A stretch of DNA of 64,000 nucleotides from positions 96,001-160,000 of the IMG/VR virus record IMGVR_UViG_3300008108_000011; one strand, given 5' to 3'. Positions within the stretch are counted from its first letter, which is position 1. Each line of letters starts with the position of its first letter. A model generated the notes under the pieces. The model was not told where the DNA came from and ran no database searches. It worked only from the letters and a program-made list of their open reading frames with translations. The stretch is from a virus. Positions 32,101 through 39,472 of the stretch are shown here, piece by piece. Made by a program: the position numbers and the translations under genes.

Positions 32101-35100
32101 TCTGAAGCACTTGGATATGCTAAGGCACTATATCCTTCTCTTGGTTTAACAGCAGACCAAGAAAGAAAGTGTAAGAGAGATATTCGCTACGTTCTTGCTG
32201 GTCTAAGAAGAGACTTGATTCTAGGCGGAAATGCTGGTATTGTTACTGCTGCCGAATCATATTTTACAGGAACTGAACTTACTGGTATCCCAACAGGAGA
32301 GTTGGCAGCAACTCGTTACGCATTCACTAAAGTAAAAGAGCTAGCACAACTAGCAATGCGTAACTGGAAAACAGGAACGAATGGAACTGGAGCAACATAC
32401 ACTCCGACTTACGAAACATCCATTTCTCTGTTCATTGACAACACTTTAATTGTTGACCCTGCTTCATCTAAGTGTGCCAATATCGTCACAGCAATTGACA
32501 CTGAAATGACATTGCTTGATGGTATTCTTGCTGGAACTACCGTTGCTGGAACTACTACTAAAACATATGGCACGCTTTATTCACCAACTATTACATATCC
32601 AGATGGTGTTCTTTATGATGCAGACAATAACTATATTACTCCAAGAGGAGTGTGGGATGATCTGCCAGCAATTGAAGCATCGCCATATATTCAAAACGCT
32701 TCTGTTATTTCGTTCTTAGGGGGTGGCGGTTGTGAAATCGATGGAGATAAGGTAACTCAACCAAACTCACCTTTCCCAGGTCTAGAACTTAATGGTGCAG
32801 CATCATATCCAAACCAAGGTAAATCCATGGTTGCTGCTCAGTTCACCATCGTTTCATTTGGTGGAACAGGATATAGGGTAGTCAACGATGGTTACTGTCA
32901 GTTGGTTTCTGTGTTCGTTCTATTCTGTGCTGATGGTGTTTATGCTGATAGTGGTGGTTATGCTTCTGTTACCAACGCTGCTACCAACTTTGGTATCTAT
33001 GCTCTAAGAGCTCGTGGATATAGAAAAGATCCATACACATTTGATATTGGAACTATTACTAATATCACCACATCTGTTACTGGTAAAACAGAAATTTCCG
33101 TCAGTGGTTTGGGTAGAAGACCATTTGAACATTATGTTGTAAAGATTGATGGATATAGAAACACAAATACCAACATAGAATATTTCATTGATTCGGTAAG
33201 AAACGTAACTGTTGGTCCACCTTTCAGTGCTACTATTGTCTTAAACGATGGCGCAGACTTCACCAAACTTTCTACTGGTGTTCCTGTTGGAATTTCTAAC
33301 TCAGAATTTGTAGGTAAGACTATTAAGTTACATAGACCTTCTATTGTTAACTCATCTGGTCACACTTGGGAATTTGCTGGATCTGGAACAAACTACAATG
33401 CTCTACCAGAAAATGGTGGTATCAAAATTGAAGCATACGAACAAGTATCTGAATACTATGGTCGTGTTTATACATCAGGAACCGACGAACTTGGTGACTT
33501 CAAGGTAGGTTACTTCGCACGTATTGAAAACAGAACTGGTGCAATTACCTTTACTGGAACAGTTACCATCTCGGAAGTTGAATTCCTCAAACTGAAGGGC
33601 GGTGACGTTGTTGTTACTGGATTCGATGCTTCTAATACTTTAGGTGGTGCTTTTACTACTGACTCTAAACTACCGACTCAAAAGGCAGTTAAGGATTATA
33701 TCTCAAATAATCTTGGCCCATACATCAAAGGAGCACTTGCTGGTGACATTGCCATTCAAGCAGATACATCAGTATCTTACATTCTTAATAATGATTTAAC
33801 TAGCTTGTATCTTGGATTCGCAGTAGATACCGCTTTAGTATTCAACACAGGAAATATCTTTACTGGTTCTGGATCTGGTGGTCAAATTCAAGCAACAGAA
33901 TACAGAGAAGGTGTAGTTTGGAAGATTAACATCACGAATCCTGGATCTGGATACACAGTTCCACCCAATATCGTCATTTCTGGTGGAAATCCTCAAGGTG
34001 GTGCGGTATCAGCAACTGCTACTTGCACCATTGCTAATGGTCAAGTTGTTTCTGTAACCATCACAGAAAATAACGGTTATATTGGTGGTAAAGGATACAC
34101 CACGCAACCTTCAGTCGTATTCACTGGTCCAGGTGGTGCTGGTGTTACTGCTACTGCTTCTGCTCTCATTGAAAACAGGTTGTATGGTGATATCGTCAAC
34201 AACATCAAGATTGTTGATACCGATACAGTAACATCTAATAATTCACCAACAGGCACAGTAGTTGATATTTCTCGTGTTGTTAATACTTCATCAAAGATTA
34301 ATGGTAACTGGGTATCTCTATCTTCTAACCAGATTTCTGCAGATGCCATTACTTCTGGTATTATCGCTACTACTCGTCTGGCACAAAACTCAACGGAAGC
34401 AAACTCTTTTACATTCCTAAGAGGAGATCAATCTTATGCTCCTGTTCTTCAATCACTCAAAGGAACAGAGACAAGATACTTTGCTAAGTTGACAAATGCT
34501 GTTTCATCTGGTTCGAGCACATTTGTGTTTGAAACAAACGCAAACATTCTCAAGGGGCATGGTATTGTTAATGACGTTAACGGCATTCCACTAGGAACAT
34601 TAGTTAACTCTGTAATTACTGCTGCTGGATTCACTACAGTTCAGTTAAACAACCCAGTAACTCAAAATATTTCCTCTGGAACAGTAATTCAGTTTACTCG
34701 CCCAGCATCTCCACTTATTATTGATACTTCTTACACCATTGGAAACTTTGTAGATAGTATTGTTGTTGCAAATGGGGGGAGTGGATTTACGAATGGAACG
34801 TATTATGATGTTTCTTTAAGTGGTGGAACTGGAACTGGATTAAAAGCAAATATTACTGTTGCTGGTAATGCTGTAACAACTGTGGCGGTAACAAGTGGTG
34901 GAGTTAATTACACTGGTGATTTTAGTGTTACTTCTGCTCCTTCTGTGATTGGTTCTGGTTCTGGATTAGTTCTTCTGGCTAAAACCGCTACAACCAACAA
35001 AAACTATGCTAATGCTGCTATTGATGTTAAGAGAGTTGATGATTTAACTATTTCTTCTGATCCATATGGTTCAGTTGGTGTAGCTAGATTCCAAAAGTCA

Positions 35101-37278
35101 CAGTTCACTTTAAACGCTGCTGGCAATGGATCAGTAACTCTCAAGACTGGTGCAGATAGCGGATTGGATGCAGACTTACTTGATGGTGCCCAGGGTGCTT
35201 ACTATCTAAATGCAAGCAACTTAAATTCAGGAACATTATCTGTTGACCGTCTTGCTGGAACATATAATATTTCTATCTCTGGTCAGTCAGGTAATACCTT
35301 ACGTCTGATTACTTCTACAAACAACCCAACTTCATCCCCTTCCCCCAACTCATTTGCCGAAGGTATTATTGCTGACACGAGAAATAATATATCAGATAGC
35401 TTAGATGATGGTGGAACTAAACATCTAGTTCTTACACTCAGAAATGGTTCTTCGGGATTTGACGCTACTTATGGTGGAGTAAGACAACTTGCTTTTACCG
35501 ACAATAATAATATGTGGCTCCGTGGTTCTGGAACGGGAGTTACTACATTTGGTTCTTGGGCAAAAGTGTGGACAGATCTTAATGATGGTCCTGGAACGGG
35601 ATTGGATGCTGATAAACTCGATAACCGTCAAGGTTCATTCTACCAAAATGCTTATAACTTAAACTCTGGCATTATCAGCGATAACCGTTTACCATCTTAC
35701 CAGACACAAAAGAGTTTTAATAGTGGAGTAAAAGTTCTTACTACAACTAATAATCCATATTATGATATTTACGTCACTGGTTTCGTATTAACTGCATCGC
35801 CATTCCTTGCTGGTCAGACTGTTAACCTCTATGATGTTAATTCACAGGGAACTGGAACGATTCTGATCACTAACGTCGCCACATATAACGATGCTGACGA
35901 CGCACTAGATTACAGCATCATCAGTGGTGTTCTAACAACTGGAACATTCACTGGCGCTCAAACGATCGGAACTGCTTCCAATAGAGTTGCATTCCAAGAT
36001 TATACTCTCAGAAATCAGGGAACATTCGAAACTGCTTCACTTGAGAGTTTAACTGGAACTGCTCTGCTCAAGCTTGGTAGAAAGGATGGCACTGCATCAT
36101 CCCCTGCTATCTATTTTAGCAGCAGCTCTTCAGCAGCATCCAACTACAACGTTGCTCTGGTTGCTTCTGGTGGTAGCAACACAGATGGTAGCGGTAACCT
36201 CAACATCGTTGCTGGTTCTGTTGATGCAGTTACAATCAATAACAATAAGATTTGGAACGCTGGTAACCTAACTCCAGCAACTAACAATGTTGCAAATACC
36301 GTTGTTCTCCGTGATGCTTCTGGTAACTTTGCCGCTGGCACAATCACTGCTAGTGTCACTGGTGCTGCTTCTCTCAACGTATTGAAGGCAGGCGATACAA
36401 TGACAGGTCAGTTGAAGATTGCCTTCAACAGTGGTCTTGGGGTTAGTGAAACAGGTGGGTCTGGAGCAAGGTTGACTATTACATCTGCTGGAACTGGTGC
36501 TATCATTTATCAAAATGATAACTCCGCAATTATTTTTCAAACTGATACTGCAGCTGAACAAGGCAGATTTAGACAAACTGCTGCGGGCGGCGGTTTCCAA
36601 ACCAAATTACTATCTGTAAATAACAACACATCTGATGCGAGTGTTACTGGTGGATTGGGCGCTGATATTGATGCTCCATGGATCAGAATAGGCGATGCAA
36701 CTACAGATAGAACCTATACTAATGGTCAGGGTATCAAATTCCATGATAATGCTGTTCAACATTATTCTATTGGTCAACTTGGCGGCAAATTCTTAATTGC
36801 TCAAACTGGTTCAAGTGGAAATTCATTATTCCCAAGCACAACTTCGACAGTTGGTATCTATATGGATTCCAACTCAAGAGTTGGTATTAATATTGCTCAA
36901 AGCAATACATTAACTTATCAACTACAAGTTAATGGTTCCTTCGCTGCCACTTCCAAGTCATTCCGTATTCCCCACCCAACCAAAGAGAACCATGACCTCG
37001 TTTATGGTTCGTTGGAAGGACCAGAGCACGGCGTATATGTTCGTGGTAAGTCATCTGGTGTTATTGAGTTACCTGATTACTGGGTTGCTCTTGTCGATGA
37101 GAACACCATCACCGTTCAACTCACTCCAATCGGCAATCATATGTCATGGGTTGAGAAGATTGAAGATAACAAGATCCTTATTGGTGGTGGTGAGGCATTC
37201 TACTTCGTTCAGGCGATGCGTAAGGATATTGAGAAGTTAGAGGTTGAAGTTGAGTTGCCTGTTGAGGAGGAAGAGTGA
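29122..37278 (+). CDS. Giant tail fibre/spike protein, 2718 aa (beta-helix, CBM-like, phycobiliprotein-like and fibre segments)
   Basis: VYVSAEIGNDSNNG...RTIKRA...GEYVE beta-helix start; LDADLLDG and LDADKLD fibre repeats; C-terminal KSFRIPHPTK...YGSLEGPEHGVYVRG domain common at phage fibre ends. Confidence 0.8.
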   Translation: MSLEFNADKQIIKSTNPQLIGSDDLTIRAGSGSDEKEVFRVQLDDTTKLPRIGINRTGQKIEKILIDQGFNGSGYTTQPSVIIGPPDLTNGIQAQASAIISAGSVVAIVVDNVGSGYLSAPSVSILGGNGNGAAATAYLDTVDYELDVNGAIRTSTSIISDTARILNLDIDNFVTPDAKFRAPSLKTYANNTGILWAPSTSISINEVWYYGNNIYQALNTGLSGSTPPTHIDGTQTNGTVSFKHIGYRVSSPLLKGYNQDMSYPRSITPPFGDDSDKVATTEYVLNLATNDVGGRVYVSAEIGNDSNNGRSAAAPVRTIKRACQIASQTKGVKETVVVSGGEYVEDNPISIPPDCSVVGDSLRIVIVRPNNPNKHMFKFADKNYISGLTFRDKIDSNGDPIATWKYACVFDDKQRIYYDPASGGDFKRDFPIGHQIFGPAKIRVTFQTNTGGTAIAENEYVTGVNTGAVGVVTARTFSSGTVSGTIDIKVLSGSFQTGETFTYPGDGARSWQANTTYTLNTIIYNGNNVYSVTTAGTSASTSPTHTTGAESNGTATLTWIRNVYNLIAIQVESIRAEGEVVEHVTDTTTTLPITRVDGSLQADPTVGGIVLYTNPLVGRTNFHNFKENQEIEISGLPTSNPDLSSLNGKQRVFKIIRDADGRSRRIVLYKQLAAFSDVNYIPSNASVKSANNYITLSLLNSPNKFPLPSFVLRRYQDACNLIRNNIDFIKDETYLQIQDEFSPNFSISSIQTTTGTGADAGYVIFRITTTGNHGFYLNDTVSIFKNGLNNNINGTFTVSNKVSNTVFEVKWLGVIGTLGLTSGTIYTTSSTPALSASAYVQRAFTIPNEAKCRRDIGHIVNAIIMDLEYGGNYNVIEAAKTYRNGTQIGYVSNEIAETVRSVEIARNLCILAMRRWRTGNGQIADPLYTPVYSNVARYYDTSVVQDTSNPACNDVANAITTLAYTFTDTLSNNADGRNLDAAIQIARNTDFIASEALGYAKALYPSLGLTADQERKCKRDIRYVLAGLRRDLILGGNAGIVTAAESYFTGTELTGIPTGELAATRYAFTKVKELAQLAMRNWKTGTNGTGATYTPTYETSISLFIDNTLIVDPASSKCANIVTAIDTEMTLLDGILAGTTVAGTTTKTYGTLYSPTITYPDGVLYDADNNYITPRGVWDDLPAIEASPYIQNASVISFLGGGGCEIDGDKVTQPNSPFPGLELNGAASYPNQGKSMVAAQFTIVSFGGTGYRVVNDGYCQLVSVFVLFCADGVYADSGGYASVTNAATNFGIYALRARGYRKDPYTFDIGTITNITTSVTGKTEISVSGLGRRPFEHYVVKIDGYRNTNTNIEYFIDSVRNVTVGPPFSATIVLNDGADFTKLSTGVPVGISNSEFVGKTIKLHRPSIVNSSGHTWEFAGSGTNYNALPENGGIKIEAYEQVSEYYGRVYTSGTDELGDFKVGYFARIENRTGAITFTGTVTISEVEFLKLKGGDVVVTGFDASNTLGGAFTTDSKLPTQKAVKDYISNNLGPYIKGALAGDIAIQADTSVSYILNNDLTSLYLGFAVDTALVFNTGNIFTGSGSGGQIQATEYREGVVWKINITNPGSGYTVPPNIVISGGNPQGGAVSATATCTIANGQVVSVTITENNGYIGGKGYTTQPSVVFTGPGGAGVTATASALIENRLYGDIVNNIKIVDTDTVTSNNSPTGTVVDISRVVNTSSKINGNWVSLSSNQISADAITSGIIATTRLAQNSTEANSFTFLRGDQSYAPVLQSLKGTETRYFAKLTNAVSSGSSTFVFETNANILKGHGIVNDVNGIPLGTLVNSVITAAGFTTVQLNNPVTQNISSGTVIQFTRPASPLIIDTSYTIGNFVDSIVVANGGSGFTNGTYYDVSLSGGTGTGLKANITVAGNAVTTVAVTSGGVNYTGDFSVTSAPSVIGSGSGLVLLAKTATTNKNYANAAIDVKRVDDLTISSDPYGSVGVARFQKSQFTLNAAGNGSVTLKTGADSGLDADLLDGAQGAYYLNASNLNSGTLSVDRLAGTYNISISGQSGNTLRLITSTNNPTSSPSPNSFAEGIIADTRNNISDSLDDGGTKHLVLTLRNGSSGFDATYGGVRQLAFTDNNNMWLRGSGTGVTTFGSWAKVWTDLNDGPGTGLDADKLDNRQGSFYQNAYNLNSGIISDNRLPSYQTQKSFNSGVKVLTTTNNPYYDIYVTGFVLTASPFLAGQTVNLYDVNSQGTGTILITNVATYNDADDALDYSIISGVLTTGTFTGAQTIGTASNRVAFQDYTLRNQGTFETASLESLTGTALLKLGRKDGTASSPAIYFSSSSSAASNYNVALVASGGSNTDGSGNLNIVAGSVDAVTINNNKIWNAGNLTPATNNVANTVVLRDASGNFAAGTITASVTGAASLNVLKAGDTMTGQLKIAFNSGLGVSETGGSGARLTITSAGTGAIIYQNDNSAIIFQTDTAAEQGRFRQTAAGGGFQTKLLSVNNNTSDASVTGGLGADIDAPWIRIGDATTDRTYTNGQGIKFHDNAVQHYSIGQLGGKFLIAQTGSSGNSLFPSTTSTVGIYMDSNSRVGINIAQSNTLTYQLQVNGSFAATSKSFRIPHPTKENHDLVYGSLEGPEHGVYVRGKSSGVIELPDYWVALVDENTITVQLTPIGNHMSWVEKIEDNKILIGGGEAFYFVQAMRKDIEKLEVEVELPVEEEE
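31258..32530 (+). repeat. Two tandem ~150-260 aa helical repeats with phycobiliprotein-like pattern
   Basis: Both copies: DAxxxIxxNxDFIxxE ... KCxRDIx(10)LxxGGN ... AxxLAxLAMR(R/N)WxTG ... CxxVxxAIxT; copy 1 carries a ~105-aa beta-rich insert. Confidence 0.85.
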
Positions 37279-37949
37279 TGGCGATTGGATATGGGAATGT
37301 ATTGCCAGGTTTAGATAATATTGTTCTTTGTGTTGATGCTGGAAACCCCAAAATATATGTTGCTGGTAATACAACATACACTTTAAATAATGGATTGCAA
37401 CCTCCATCAAACGGATATTTTACTTTTGATGGATCTGATGATAGTATTAGTGTTCAAACTGTATATTTAAACACTCCCTACACAGGAAAAACCATAATTG
37501 TTGCAGCCTGGATGGATTCTGATGTTGTTTTTACAACAAGTTATTATAGAGCTATGATTGGTGGTGTTGGTGATAGGAATGCAAATTTTTACATTAGAAC
37601 TAGAGGACCAAATCCAAATGATTATGATTTACATTTCAGCACGGGACCATCTGGAGCATATTATGGAACTTTGAGTTCTGGAATCACTTTAAATACCCAA
37701 CAGTGGTATATTTTTGCAGTTACGCAATCTTCACTAGATGGTGCTCATAATTATTATATGAATGGATCTCTGATATCAACCAATCCTTCCACTTGGTATT
37801 CTTATGGTCAAAACTCCACAGAATACTTGGGTAGAGCTGATAATTTCTGGAAGGGAAGAATTGGTTATTGGTATGTTTATAATAAATCTTTTACCGCAGA
37901 AGAAATAAAAAGACATTTTGATTTAACCAAAGGGAGGTTCGGAATCTAA
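37278..37949 (+). CDS. LamG/concanavalin-A-like lectin domain protein 1
   Basis: GYFTFDGSDD, QQWYIFAVT, YYMNG, WYVYNKSFTAEEIKRHF..RFG; start taken at ATG 37278 overlapping upstream TGA. Confidence 0.8.
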   Translation: MAIGYGNVLPGLDNIVLCVDAGNPKIYVAGNTTYTLNNGLQPPSNGYFTFDGSDDSISVQTVYLNTPYTGKTIIVAAWMDSDVVFTTSYYRAMIGGVGDRNANFYIRTRGPNPNDYDLHFSTGPSGAYYGTLSSGITLNTQQWYIFAVTQSSLDGAHNYYMNGSLISTNPSTWYSYGQNSTEYLGRADNFWKGRIGYWYVYNKSFTAEEIKRHFDLTKGRFGI

Positions 37950-38719
37950 TGGCACTAGGACATTCTCCCTCTATTGTAGTTGATAGCAGTTTGTATAGTT
38001 GGTTTGATTTTACTAATACAAATTCATATGTAGCACAAAATAATCAAGCAACAATTTATAGTTTATTAAATAATGGATATAATTGGAGCACCGCTAATTT
38101 TTCTGGCACAGTAAATACCACAACATACGGAACAATAGCAAAAGGATTACTATTTGATGGTAATGCTCAAATGCTTACCCAAAATGGTGGTAACAGTTAT
38201 TATTATGGATGGGATCCAACTGGAACATATGGCACACCAACATTAACAAATGAAATGTGGGTATATCCCTACGAGGGAAATGGTGTTCTTTTTACGCGAC
38301 CTTGGAATGGATCTGGTAGATATAATGTTTGGGTGTTTCCTGGAAGTTTTTATATTGCTTCTGGTGGTAGTAGTTCATCACAACCTTCATCGCAAATTAA
38401 TTATCCAGTAGATTTATCATCATTTGGCAAACCAGTTCATATAGTATGTTGGGCAAATCAAACTCAAATGGGGTATTATATTAACGGAGGTCAATATTCT
38501 GGTTCCCAAAACCATGGTATAACTGGTGGTGGTGATTACTATGGGAATGGTATTGGCGCTGGTTATATGACTTTATATCCATATGGTCAAGGGTGGAGTG
38601 GTAATACTGGGTTTAGTATTAACGGTGTTTTATATCAAGCAAGAGTTTATAATAGAGTATTAACATCAAGTGAAGTTCAGGGAAATTTTGCAGCACACGC
38701 AGCGAGGTATGGATACTAA
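37949..38719 (+). CDS. LamG/concanavalin-A-like lectin domain protein 2
   Basis: MALGHSPSIVVD; LLFDG; TNEMWVYP; HIVCW; YYING; ARVYNRVLTSSEVQGNF; TAATG coupling. Confidence 0.8.
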   Translation: MALGHSPSIVVDSSLYSWFDFTNTNSYVAQNNQATIYSLLNNGYNWSTANFSGTVNTTTYGTIAKGLLFDGNAQMLTQNGGNSYYYGWDPTGTYGTPTLTNEMWVYPYEGNGVLFTRPWNGSGRYNVWVFPGSFYIASGGSSSSQPSSQINYPVDLSSFGKPVHIVCWANQTQMGYYINGGQYSGSQNHGITGGGDYYGNGIGAGYMTLYPYGQGWSGNTGFSINGVLYQARVYNRVLTSSEVQGNFAAHAARYGY

Positions 38720-39447
38720 TGGCAGTTTACGCAGGTCCTGATTTAATTGAAGACGGATTAATTTTTTGCATAGATCCAGGAAATTCTAAGAGTTGGAATG
38801 GTTCTTCTTTATTGGATATAGCAGGTAATAGAACATTATCATTAGTAAATACTTCTGGAACTGCAATATCATATTCGCCAAGCAACGGAGGAATATTAAA
38901 ATTTAATAATGGGTCAAATTATATTCAGTGCCCTTCTGACAGCGATTTGAAATTAACATCTTCATTTTCTATGTTTATTTGTTATAGATTAAATCAAGCA
39001 TTTGGCGATCAAAATTTAGCAAATGGTGATACTAAATACAGAACTTTATTCGGTAAACCAAATTATAATGAATATGGAATTATTATGGAATGGTATACTG
39101 GAAATCCATTATTATTTGATTTTATTGGAACTGATAATCAAAGAAATCCACTTGGTTTATCTTATACGTTTGGATATTCAACATGGAGTATTGTTGCTTA
39201 TACTTACAGTGTTTCTAGAGGATTTCAAAAAAGCTATATGTATAAATCAGATGGAAGTACTTCATTTGTAACAAGAAATACTACTTCTACAGTAAGAACA
39301 ACAGATGATCCTGTAAGAATAGGAAGTGCTGGGTCTGGATATCAGATAGATTTAGATATTGGACCAGCAATGATTTACAACAAAGCATTATCAGATGCAG
39401 AAGTTCAACAAAATTTTGAAAGACTTCGCGGAAGATTTGTAATATAA
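38719..39447 (+). CDS. LamG/concanavalin-A-like lectin domain protein 3
   Basis: GPDLIEDGLIFCIDPGN; LKFNNG; WSIVAYT; MIYNKALSDAEVQQNFERLRGRF; TAATG coupling. Confidence 0.8.
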   Translation: MAVYAGPDLIEDGLIFCIDPGNSKSWNGSSLLDIAGNRTLSLVNTSGTAISYSPSNGGILKFNNGSNYIQCPSDSDLKLTSSFSMFICYRLNQAFGDQNLANGDTKYRTLFGKPNYNEYGIIMEWYTGNPLLFDFIGTDNQRNPLGLSYTFGYSTWSIVAYTYSVSRGFQKSYMYKSDGSTSFVTRNTTSTVRTTDDPVRIGSAGSGYQIDLDIGPAMIYNKALSDAEVQQNFERLRGRFVI

Positions 39448-39450
39448 ATA
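39443..39450 (+). promoter_or_regulatory. T4-type late promoter
   Basis: TATAAATA overlapping the LamG-3 stop, 22 nt upstream of the next ATG. Confidence 0.75.
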
Positions 39451-39472
39451 CTCAATAAAAGGCTTATAGGAA

